64,000 bases of DNA from Gammaproteobacteria bacterium (lineage in GTDB: Bacteria > Pseudomonadota > Gammaproteobacteria > Pseudomonadales > Azotimanducaceae): contig JAPOVK010000003.1 of NCBI GenBank assembly GCA_026708185.1, positions 10,799 to 74,798 of the forward strand. The letters run 5' to 3'. This document shows, piece by piece, positions 49,478 through 57,775 of this stretch (position 1 is its first letter; each line of letters begins with the position of its first letter). The translations under genes and the position numbers were made by a program. The notes below the pieces were generated by a model, which was given only the letters and a program-made list of their open reading frames with translations, did not search any database and had not been told where the DNA came from.

Positions 49478-51673
49478 GTGAAACCGCTCGCTGCCGCGCC
49501 GCTTGCCCTCCTGGTTCTCGCCGCTTGCGGACAGGAACGTGGATCCGACGCCACCGCCCCGGACCGCGCCGTCGAGATTCGCGCCGCCACCGACACCGTC
49601 GACGGCGAGCGCATCGGCGCGGCCAACGAACCGCAAAACTGGCTCTCCCACGGCCGCACCTACGACGAGCAGCGGCACAGCCCGCTCACCGCCGTCGACG
49701 CCGAGAACGTGGGCGAACTCGGACTCGCCTGGTACTGGGACACCGGCGACGTGCGTGGCCTCGAAGCCACACCCATCGTCGTCGACGGCGTGCTCTTCAC
49801 AACCGGTACTTGGAGCCGCGTCTACGCCAACGACGGGCGCACCGGCGAACTCATCTGGCAGTACGACCCGCAGGTGCCGCGCGAATGGGGCAAGTACGCG
49901 TGCTGCGACGTGGTCAACCGCGGCGTTGCCGTGTGGAAGGGGCGGGTATTCGTCGGCACGCTGGACGGTCGGCTGATCGCGTTGGACGCCGGGACAGGCG
50001 AGGTGACCTGGGAGACGCTGACCATCGACCAGGAGCGGCCGTACACGATCACCGGTGCACCCCGGGTGGTGAAAGACATGGTGGTGATCGGCAACGGCGG
50101 TGCCGAGTACGGCGTGCGCGGCTACGTCACCGCCTACGACTGGGAAACGGGTGTCGAGCGGTGGCGGTTCTACACCGTGCCAGGCGACCCCTCCGCCCCG
50201 TTCGAAAGTCCCGCGATGGAGATGGCTGCCGAGACATGGGTCGGCGGCAACTGGTGGGAAGTCGGTGGCGGCGGCACGGTATGGGATTCCATGGCCTTCG
50301 ATCCCGAACTCGACCTCCTCTACGTCGGCGTCGGCAACGGCTCGCCGTGGAACCGCGAAATCCGCAGCCCCGGCGGCGGCGACAACCTCTTCCTCGCCTC
50401 CATCGTCGCGCTCGATCCGGACGACGGAGCGCTGGCCTGGCACTACCAGACCACGCCGGGTGAGACGTGGGACTACACGGCGACGCAGCACATGATCCTC
50501 GCCGACCTCGAGATCGGAGGCAGCCTGCGCAAGGTGATCATGCAGGCGCCGAAGAACGGGTTCTTCTACGTACTCGACCGGACCGACGGCACGTTCATCT
50601 CGGCCAAGCCCTACGTCGCCGTGAACTGGGCAAGCGGCATCGATCAGCAAACCGGCCGGCCGGTCGAGGAACCGGGCGCACGCTACATCGACGACGCCGC
50701 GTTCGTGTTTCCCTCCGCACACGGTGGCCACAATTGGCATCCGATGGCGTACAACCCGGACACGGAATTCGTCTACGTCCCTGCTCTGGACATGGGATTC
50801 CCCTACGGGCAACACGGCGATTTCGTCTACCAGCCGGGCGAAATGAACCCGGGCATCGACATCGGCGCGTTGCTCCCGCCCAAGACGCCCGATGAACGCG
50901 TCGCGATGCTGCAGTCCATGAAGGGCCACCTGGCGGCCTGGGATCCGGTCAACCAACGGGAGGCGTGGCGCGTGCAGCACGCGACGACCTGGAACGGCGG
51001 CGTGTTGTCGACCGCTGGCAATCTCGTCTTCCAGGGCCGTTCCGACGGCGTCTTCGCGGCCTACGCCGCAGACACGGGAGATCTCAAGTGGGAGATGCCC
51101 GTGCACACCGGGATCGTGGCGGCACCGGTGAGCTACGCCATCGACGGCGAGCAGTACATCGCGGTGGCGGCGAGTTGGGGCGGGTCGTTCACACTCTTCT
51201 CCGGCGTGCCGCGACACCGCGGCAACATCCTCAGCCAGGGCCGCATCCTGGCCTTCAAGCTGGGTGGCGAAGCCGAGCTCCCGGAACCCGCGATCACGTA
51301 CGTCAACATCCCGGAGCCGCCGGCCATCGAGGCCACCGCCGAGGAGATCGACCGCGGCGAACTGCTCTACCACACCTGGTGCACGCCATGCCACGGCGCC
51401 GGCGTCACCTCCGGCAGTTCGGTGCCGGACCTCAAGTACCTGCCGGCGGCGTCCCACTCCCGGTGGGACCTCATCGTGCGCCAAGGCGTCTACGCCACGG
51501 TGGGCATGCCGGGTTTCGACCACGTGCTCAGCGAATCGGATTCCGAAGCGGTCCACGCCTACGTCGTCAACGAGGCGAAGGCGGCGATCGCGTTCTGCGA
51601 GTCGGAATACCCCCAACGCTATCCCGAACTGTTCGCCACGGCGTGCACGAAGGCCATCGTCGTCAGCTATTGA
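49478..51673 (+). CDS. PQQ-dependent alcohol dehydrogenase with C-terminal cytochrome c domain (quinohaemoprotein type), lipoprotein-type signal
   Basis: Signal/lipobox LALLVLAACG, propeller W-motif repeats, the vicinal Cys pair YACCDVVNRG typical of quino-ADH, and CTPCHG (CxxCH) near the C-terminus. Confidence 0.9.
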   Translation: MKPLAAAPLALLVLAACGQERGSDATAPDRAVEIRAATDTVDGERIGAANEPQNWLSHGRTYDEQRHSPLTAVDAENVGELGLAWYWDTGDVRGLEATPIVVDGVLFTTGTWSRVYANDGRTGELIWQYDPQVPREWGKYACCDVVNRGVAVWKGRVFVGTLDGRLIALDAGTGEVTWETLTIDQERPYTITGAPRVVKDMVVIGNGGAEYGVRGYVTAYDWETGVERWRFYTVPGDPSAPFESPAMEMAAETWVGGNWWEVGGGGTVWDSMAFDPELDLLYVGVGNGSPWNREIRSPGGGDNLFLASIVALDPDDGALAWHYQTTPGETWDYTATQHMILADLEIGGSLRKVIMQAPKNGFFYVLDRTDGTFISAKPYVAVNWASGIDQQTGRPVEEPGARYIDDAAFVFPSAHGGHNWHPMAYNPDTEFVYVPALDMGFPYGQHGDFVYQPGEMNPGIDIGALLPPKTPDERVAMLQSMKGHLAAWDPVNQREAWRVQHATTWNGGVLSTAGNLVFQGRSDGVFAAYAADTGDLKWEMPVHTGIVAAPVSYAIDGEQYIAVAASWGGSFTLFSGVPRHRGNILSQGRILAFKLGGEAELPEPAITYVNIPEPPAIEATAEEIDRGELLYHTWCTPCHGAGVTSGSSVPDLKYLPAASHSRWDLIVRQGVYATVGMPGFDHVLSESDSEAVHAYVVNEAKAAIAFCESEYPQRYPELFATACTKAIVVSY

Positions 51674-51773
51674 CAGCGGCGGGGTTGCGCTAGGGTGGGA
51701 GTGCTGTTGTCCAAGAGCAGCGACGCGAAGGCACAGAAGTAGGTCTGCGATAGCGGACTTGGAGGTGAGCGAG

Positions 51774-52586
51774 TTGTTGGGTGCTGGCCGAACTGGAACT
51801 CTGGGCGTAATCCGTCGGCTTGATCGGCGCTCTGCCGGACCCTTTGGAACAAGCGGTCACGTAGCTATCGCTGCCGGGGTGGTGTTCGCCGGAGTCCCAC
51901 TACTGTCTGGCCATGCCTTCGCCTGCGTTCTGGTAGGTGCGGTCCTTTGTGGATTCCCGGAAGCAGTTGGGCGATGCGGAGTCTCGCACGTCGGCATGAC
52001 CGCGCCACTTTTTCCCCGCAATCGCGCTCTTTGGTTGAAGTGTGTTACCGCATACACGATTGCAGGATGCGCGACTTCATACGGATTGGGGTTGGTTCTC
52101 GTGTCTGTCGGATCGGCGGTGGGGGAAGCCGGCGCTCACGTCCTCATTGGGACGTCAGGCCTTGCGGCGCTTGCCATGATGCTCCGGGCGATGCAGCTCG
52201 TGCGATTCGAAGTCCCGCAGTGCGACCGGCAGACACATAAGAGGTGGCTTGGCCAGTTCAGCATGCCCACGGCGGTTGGGATGTGGGGAGCGCACATCGG
52301 GCTCGCTGTGACTACGGTGATCGCATACGGCGGCCTGTATCCAGTGTTGTTGCTGGCTGCAGGACTCTCGAACGGTCACGGGGAGTGGCTGCCTGTGGTG
52401 TTCTGGCTTGGCCGAACAGCCGCCATGTGGTTGGCGCCAGTCGTGGTAGGGAGCACTAACGGGTCGGACTACGTCGACGCGCTCATGGAGTCCCGACCGA
52501 CATTCCGCCACGTCGCAGCCATCGGACTCGCGATGCTCGCATCCGGTGCAGGAGTATATGTTGTGTCCTACCTCACTCAGACATGA
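51774..52586 (+). CDS. Polytopic (about 6-7 TM) membrane protein, unassigned family; first gene of the lower-GC operon
   Basis: This is the downstream part of track ORF 51264..52586. TTG 51774 lies 8 nt after GGAGG (51761-51765). Several intramembrane Cys (FACVLVGAVLCGF, TIAGCATSY) and a loop VPQCDRQTHKRW. The start is uncertain. Confidence 0.45.
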   Translation: MLGAGRTGTLGVIRRLDRRSAGPFGTSGHVAIAAGVVFAGVPLLSGHAFACVLVGAVLCGFPEAVGRCGVSHVGMTAPLFPRNRALWLKCVTAYTIAGCATSYGLGLVLVSVGSAVGEAGAHVLIGTSGLAALAMMLRAMQLVRFEVPQCDRQTHKRWLGQFSMPTAVGMWGAHIGLAVTTVIAYGGLYPVLLLAAGLSNGHGEWLPVVFWLGRTAAMWLAPVVVGSTNGSDYVDALMESRPTFRHVAAIGLAMLASGAGVYVVSYLTQT

Positions 52587-52592
52587 GAGCGC

Positions 52593-53162
52593 ATGAGCGT
52601 GGATGTCCTGACAGTTCATCTGGCTCTATGGGCGGTCGTCGCTGTACAAGGGCTGACTATCGCCTTCCTCTTCTACCGTTACTCGCAGCTGCACGCCCTT
52701 GCTACCCAGCCAAGCGTCGGACAAGGCCGGCGGTCACCCGGGGCGGAGATCCCGAGCTTCGAGGCGACGAACGGGGCCACCGGAGAGATCGTGTCGAGCA
52801 ACGACCTGATCGGAGCTAGGCATTTCATCTTGGCCGTGGAGGCTGATTGTGCCGACTGTCGCGAGTTGATCCGCCAGATCGCTGAGGGCGAGGCAGATCG
52901 TGCGCGGTTCCCGCATATGCTCGTGTATTGTCAAGGATCGCCAAGAGGCTGCGCCCGAGTAAAGGATCGCTTAGAGCCGGACAGTTCACCGTTTTGGGTG
53001 CAACGCGAGCAGGATGTCGCCGAGCTGCTCGGCATCCAGGCCTTTCCTGCCTTGGTCGAGGTCGATCCGGCCATGCATCTGGTTGGCTACTCGTATCCGA
53101 CAACCAGAAGACACCTCAACTCGATCATGGGGTCCGTCTCGGAAGCAAGGAGCACCGAGTGA
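52593..53162 (+). CDS. Membrane-anchored thioredoxin-fold (TlpA/ResA/MauD-like) protein with CxxC
   Basis: N-terminal TM LALWAVVAVQGLTIAFLFY, then IPSFEATNGATGEIVSSNDLIGARHFILAVEADCADCRELI (CADC at the canonical position) and FPALVEV (cis-Pro region). Confidence 0.68.
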   Translation: MSVDVLTVHLALWAVVAVQGLTIAFLFYRYSQLHALATQPSVGQGRRSPGAEIPSFEATNGATGEIVSSNDLIGARHFILAVEADCADCRELIRQIAEGEADRARFPHMLVYCQGSPRGCARVKDRLEPDSSPFWVQREQDVAELLGIQAFPALVEVDPAMHLVGYSYPTTRRHLNSIMGSVSEARSTE

Positions 53163-53773
53163 AGTGGTACGTTGCCTGTATCGCCATCGCGGCGGCTGTT
53201 TACTTGGTCCATCGGGCAATGGTCGAGACAATCCGCACCATGAGACGGCTTTCACGGATGCTCCCAGATCCGGGACTTCAGTCGAAGCCAGCCACCAGCG
53301 AACTCAGCGTTGGTTTGGGGATGATGATTCCTGAGTTCGAAGCGACGGAGGTCGTCACAGGCCGCACCTTCGGCACCGCGTCGATTGTTGGGAAGTCCGT
53401 GACATTGGCATTCATCCGTGTATCACAACTGACGGAGCTGAGCAGGCATGTCTTGGGTCGTTTTCTGGATCAATGCTGGCTACGGTCGGACGACAAAGTG
53501 TACGTCTTTCTTGTCGATGCCGTTGACGACGACGTAGACGATGGAGCAACGGAAGTATCTAGACACCTGCGCCTAGATGAGCTGGAGAACCGCGATGACA
53601 TCGTACTCGCGAGAAGCCGAGAGGTGAGCCTTTCCACGGAGCTGAACGTACACCAGACTCCGTGGGCCTTACATGTCGACAAAGGCGGGATCGTGGATCA
53701 GGTAGGCACATTACTCCAAGGGGAAGCGACATCTCGTGAGCCCAGAGCGAATCCGAATGGTCGCTTGGGCTGA
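53159..53773 (+). CDS. Membrane-anchored thioredoxin-fold paralog lacking the CxxC (SQLT instead)
   Basis: GTG 53159 overlaps the upstream TGA (GTGA), with AAGGAG 6 nt upstream. TM WYVACIAIAAAVYLV. IPEFEATEVVTGRTFGTASIVGKSVTLAFIRVSQLTELSRHV aligns with the preceding gene. Confidence 0.55.
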   Translation: MKWYVACIAIAAAVYLVHRAMVETIRTMRRLSRMLPDPGLQSKPATSELSVGLGMMIPEFEATEVVTGRTFGTASIVGKSVTLAFIRVSQLTELSRHVLGRFLDQCWLRSDDKVYVFLVDAVDDDVDDGATEVSRHLRLDELENRDDIVLARSREVSLSTELNVHQTPWALHVDKGGIVDQVGTLLQGEATSREPRANPNGRLG

Positions 53774-54272
53774 TTTGGCTGCGCTCGCCCAACTGGCGAC
53801 GGGGCTGTGCTTTGTCGTAGCAGCCGTCGCGAAGGCACGCGATATGTCTACCTTTCAGGACCAACTCGCGGAGATGGCTACTGCTCTACCGGTTCCAGCC
53901 TTGCTAGCGGTTCTGGTCGTCGCCGTCGAGGTGGTTTTGGGGCTCTGCTTCGTTACCGGGCTCGCAATCTTGGTCGCCGCGCCAGTGGCACTTCTCGTGG
54001 TGGTCGTGTTCGGAACAGGCAGCGTTGTACTGGCTAACAGGTCGCCAAATCGACGACAGTGTCTGTGTTTCGGGATAAACGGCGTCGACACGGCTTCGGC
54101 GGCCGGCGTGGTACGGCTGGGTCTGTTGGCGGGCGGGATAATGGCGACCGCCTTGATCTCTCCCATCGACGGATTTCGGATTCCAGGCCTTGCCGAGTTG
54201 GTGTCAGCCGCCGTAGTCGTTCTGTTGGGTGCATCCGTGCTTCAGTTCGTTGACTTGGCGGTTTATCGGTAG
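53736..54272 (+). CDS. MauE/DoxX-family redox-associated membrane protein
   Basis: Four hydrophobic segments and the CLCFG motif (RRQCLCFGINGV) that I associate with MauE-family proteins. Alternative start at ATG 53757. Confidence 0.62.
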   Translation: MSPERIRMVAWADLAALAQLATGLCFVVAAVAKARDMSTFQDQLAEMATALPVPALLAVLVVAVEVVLGLCFVTGLAILVAAPVALLVVVVFGTGSVVLANRSPNRRQCLCFGINGVDTASAAGVVRLGLLAGGIMATALISPIDGFRIPGLAELVSAAVVVLLGASVLQFVDLAVYR

Positions 54273-54324
54273 AGCGAGGACGGCGAAGAAGATCGGATAG
54301 GCTCAATGCAGGGAGAGTACAGTG

Positions 54325-54690
54325 ATGGAAGGTTCCGGCAGGCGCGGTTTCCTGCGTCGTAGTTTTTTGGTCGTTGGCGCGTTTGTCGCCGGAGTGCTCG
54401 GTGTGGAACCGGCCCACGCCAACAGGCATACCCGGTGCTGCGACCTTTGTCGAACGCCCGCCCAATGCCCGTTTCCATTCGCGGACTGGAAGGACGAGTG
54501 TGAGAGCTGCCTAGTCTGGACGTGTTCTTGGCCCCGGGGCGGGGGCGGTGAAGGATACCAAGTGACATATGCATGCTTCGAGTGCTATTCCACCGTCGAG
54601 TCCGGCAACTGCCGGGACGACGTCGGGTGTGACAATGCCCTTTGCTCGCGTTACCAGCTCTTGAGCGGTCCTTATCCGAGTCCATGTTGA
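54325..54690 (+). CDS. Tat-signal, cysteine-rich small secreted protein (13 Cys in ~89 mature residues)
   Basis: GGGAGAG lies 7 nt upstream of ATG 54325. MEGSGRRGFLRRSFLVVGAFVAGVLGVEPAHA has a twin-arginine motif (RRxFL) and an AHA cleavage site. The mature part is NRHTRCCDLCRTPAQCPFPFADWKDECESCLVWTCSWPRGGGGEGYQVTYACFECYSTVESGNCRDDVGCDNALCSRYQLLSGPYPSPC. Confidence 0.65.
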   Translation: MEGSGRRGFLRRSFLVVGAFVAGVLGVEPAHANRHTRCCDLCRTPAQCPFPFADWKDECESCLVWTCSWPRGGGGEGYQVTYACFECYSTVESGNCRDDVGCDNALCSRYQLLSGPYPSPC

Positions 54691-57284
54691 CCTTGTCGGC
54701 TACACCAATGCGAGCCGCGACGATGTTATTGGTCGCAATTGTCGGCACGCAAGTGTTGGCTGATCGTGTGGTCGAGGTCCAACTCTCAGGCTCCGACGCG
54801 CAGCACGGCACTTGGGTTGGCGTCTTAAGCGAGCCGACTCGATCAAGCGCCGTGGCGCTTAGTTGGGCGCACACGGAAGCGGACACGCTCAGCGTGGATG
54901 TGCCAGACACGGGCGCTGCCAGGATTGTGGCCGTTCGACATGGCATTGTGTCGACGCGACGCATCGCCACGGACGAGCGTGGACCGGTGTACCTGCGGTT
55001 CGAGCGTGGCTTCTCCGTCACCGGCACTGTACGCGACATCCACGGACTCGCCATCGCTCAAGCCAACGTTGTCCTCTCGGCGACTGGAAGGACTGAGTTC
55101 GACCTGCCAAGGTTCGTGTGGCCTCAATGGCTGACAGATAAGGATGGAGTCTTCAAAGCAATTGGCTTGGCCGCCGGTCGATACACGGCTCTGGCGAACG
55201 CGGAAGGTCACGTTATGCTCGACGACATCGAGCTTGAGATCCCTGAAGCAGCCGACCGCGTCGAGATAACGATGGCGCCAGCCTTCCACGTTGAGGGCGG
55301 TGTGGTCGGTGCGATCGACTACCAACCGGTGGTCGGAGCCGAGGTGGAGGCACATGCCAGCGGCCCCGTTCGGATTGTTGAAACAGACTCACATGGTCGA
55401 TTCCGGGTTGGGCCTTTCGCCGTCGGGCAGGAGGTCCGTGTAGCTGCGCACAGTAACGATGGCCGGTCCAGCGACACCGTGCACCTGTCCAAGCCCCAGG
55501 AAAGGCTTGTTCTGAGGCTTAACGAAGGCGTGAGGGTCACGGGTGCCGTCGCTGACGGGACGAACAATAAGGTCGTGACCGGATTCGTACTCACCGCCTA
55601 TGCCAACGGCGATGTGCTCGGGTCGTTTCCTTTCCGTGACACCGGAGGCAAGCTCGACGCCGTGGTGGACTGGCGAACTGATACTCTGGCGGTAGAGGTG
55701 CCAGGCTACTCAGCATGGAGTGCCCGCGCCCAGTTCACTGCGGGCGAGCACTTCGATCTAGGACGGATCCTGGTCGAACCACACCGGCCGGTGTCCGGAC
55801 TCGTCATCGACGGCTCGACGGGAACGCCCATCGCCGGTGCGACGGTCACGCGTCACGGTGTTTACCTTTCGTACACGCAGCGCCTTGGCGGAGAAACCAC
55901 GATCACGGATGGCGCCGGCACCTTCCAGCTCTCCAACGCGAGTAGCGACGGGTACTCTCTGAGTGTTTCCGTAGATGGGTACGCGCATAAGACCATCGAT
56001 TTCCGGGGAACCGCCGACCACGTCACGATCGAACTGGAGAGGGGTGGAACGGTAATCGGGACGTTGAGCACGACCGATGGGACTCCAATAGGGGGAATCC
56101 TGACACTCAGCCCAAGTGGTGAGACGCGACTCCAAGGCATTCGGGAGCGTGCCGCGAGCGATGGTCGTTTCGAGTTCACGAACGTCCGAGCGGGCGTCTA
56201 CCGGCTGTTCGCGCGATCAACAGGCAGTGTGCCGCGCAACCGCTTGGTCACTGTCACCGACGGGCGCCCGACACGGGTCAATGTGGCGCTAGATGCAGGT
56301 CTGCGGATGACCGGAGAACTGAGCGGACTGAGCGACGGTGAGCGCGCTAGGTTTCTGTTTTCGCGCGGCGGTGAGCACGTGCATGTCGTATCAGGGCGTC
56401 ACGGCAATGGACGGTTCGTCGTGGAAGGCGTTCCAAGCGGTCCGTTGCAGGTAACCGCGGCGACATCTATAGGACGGAAGATGACCAAGGTGGTCGATGA
56501 CGAAACCGGTTACGCGGGTGTGGACTTTGCGTTCGGCGGCGGATCCGTTTTGAGGGGTGTCGTCCGTGCGGGCGACACGCCAATGTCCGCAATCGCGGTG
56601 ACGGTCGTGCGGCAGGAAGGCGAAGCTTTTTCGAGTTCGACCAACACGGACAGGGCCGGGTTTTACGAACTGCGCGGGTTGCCGGCGGGCGATTACGTTC
56701 TGACGGTGCAGCAACGGTCGGCCACGTTCCATGACAGGTTCGACGTGGCGGTCGCCGGGGACACGGTATTCGACGTGCCGCTAACGCCGTTGACCATCAG
56801 CGGCGTCGTGCGGTCATTCCGAAGCGTGTACGACGGACGTATCAGGGCTACGAAACTGACTGAGGCAGGCATGATGTCCATCGTGTCGCGAATCAAGAGC
56901 GGCGGGTCATATCGTTTCGACGGCTTGGCGGCAGGCCGGTGGCGCATCACGGTGCTGGAGCCTTTCGCCGATGGCATCACACAGTCTGTCGATCTCCAGG
57001 GTGTCGTGTCCGAATTTGACTTCACCTTGACGCCGAGCGGGACGCAGGCCATTTGGATTGCACCGGACCTCGCAGGCGATCGACCGCCCATGTTGGAGGT
57101 GGTTGTTGAGAGCGGGGATCTGGCGGGGGAGGTCATCGCCTACAGTCTCGACAATGGGGCAAATAGGCAACTGCCTTTAAGCTTGGTGGGGCAGCGACTT
57201 CGATTTGAGGCGGGTGGCTACCTTCCCCAGACTGTCGAGAGTTGGGGTGGTGGAACTTTGGAGATCGAGCTTCGACAGCGTTGA
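54684..57284 (+). CDS. Secreted protein built from multiple carboxypeptidase-regulatory-like (CarboxypepD_reg) beta-sandwich repeats
   Basis: Signal MRAATMLLVAIVGTQVLA. Recurrent (V/I)xGxVxDxxGxPIxGAxV...DGxFxxxxLxxGxYxL units, for example VSGLVIDGSTGTPIAGATVT, VIGTLSTTDGTPIGG and LRGVVRAGDTPMSAIAVTV...AGFYELRGLPAGDYVL. ATG 54684 overlaps the upstream stop (ATGTTGA). Confidence 0.62.
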   Translation: MLTLSATPMRAATMLLVAIVGTQVLADRVVEVQLSGSDAQHGTWVGVLSEPTRSSAVALSWAHTEADTLSVDVPDTGAARIVAVRHGIVSTRRIATDERGPVYLRFERGFSVTGTVRDIHGLAIAQANVVLSATGRTEFDLPRFVWPQWLTDKDGVFKAIGLAAGRYTALANAEGHVMLDDIELEIPEAADRVEITMAPAFHVEGGVVGAIDYQPVVGAEVEAHASGPVRIVETDSHGRFRVGPFAVGQEVRVAAHSNDGRSSDTVHLSKPQERLVLRLNEGVRVTGAVADGTNNKVVTGFVLTAYANGDVLGSFPFRDTGGKLDAVVDWRTDTLAVEVPGYSAWSARAQFTAGEHFDLGRILVEPHRPVSGLVIDGSTGTPIAGATVTRHGVYLSYTQRLGGETTITDGAGTFQLSNASSDGYSLSVSVDGYAHKTIDFRGTADHVTIELERGGTVIGTLSTTDGTPIGGILTLSPSGETRLQGIRERAASDGRFEFTNVRAGVYRLFARSTGSVPRNRLVTVTDGRPTRVNVALDAGLRMTGELSGLSDGERARFLFSRGGEHVHVVSGRHGNGRFVVEGVPSGPLQVTAATSIGRKMTKVVDDETGYAGVDFAFGGGSVLRGVVRAGDTPMSAIAVTVVRQEGEAFSSSTNTDRAGFYELRGLPAGDYVLTVQQRSATFHDRFDVAVAGDTVFDVPLTPLTISGVVRSFRSVYDGRIRATKLTEAGMMSIVSRIKSGGSYRFDGLAAGRWRITVLEPFADGITQSVDLQGVVSEFDFTLTPSGTQAIWIAPDLAGDRPPMLEVVVESGDLAGEVIAYSLDNGANRQLPLSLVGQRLRFEAGGYLPQTVESWGGGTLEIELRQR

Positions 57285-57775
57285 CTCTATGAAGTATTGA
57301 GTGTATTCCATGTGGTGGGTGCACATCCGTCATGTCCATCCACTACTTTCACATTGACTGACGCTTTGCCGTCTCTCGCGGCGTAACCCACGAGGACCAA
57401 CCACACCGACGGAGGTTCGGAGGTGCGGCCTAACCGACCCCTCGCCAAGCCCGCTTGGCCGGCCAAGATGCGGCGGAGGAGCAAGGGCTCCTGCTCGGCA
57501 CGCGGAATCGTTCCACGCGGGTACACTGATCGACGATCTGTTGAAGGCGGCTGCCGAGCAGCCGCGGGACGCGGCGCTGGGGCGCACTTCGCAAGAGGGG
57601 GCAGCAAGACGGGAACCCAGAACCTGTCCTCAACACTGTGCTCATTGGCTACTGACAGCGGGGGTGATTTGCGCTAGGTTCCTCGAGCGAGTCCGATCTG
57701 GACCGAGGAGCGATGCGGATTCTGTCGGTGCGCGGGCGCCCTTGTTCCCACTCAGGCCTTGGAACCAGGTCCGTG

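Noticed and set aside
49469-51616. 715-aa minus-strand ORF antisense to the PQQ alcohol dehydrogenase gene.
   Set aside because: It has a low-complexity Arg/Gly/Val/Asp composition and no motifs. The plus-strand frame has clear quinoprotein and CxxCH features.
57285-57775. Several 60-110-aa ORFs on both strands in the spacer after the lower-GC operon.
   Set aside because: All are Arg/Pro/Ser-rich with no start-site signals or motifs. I treat the region as non-coding or a decayed remnant.
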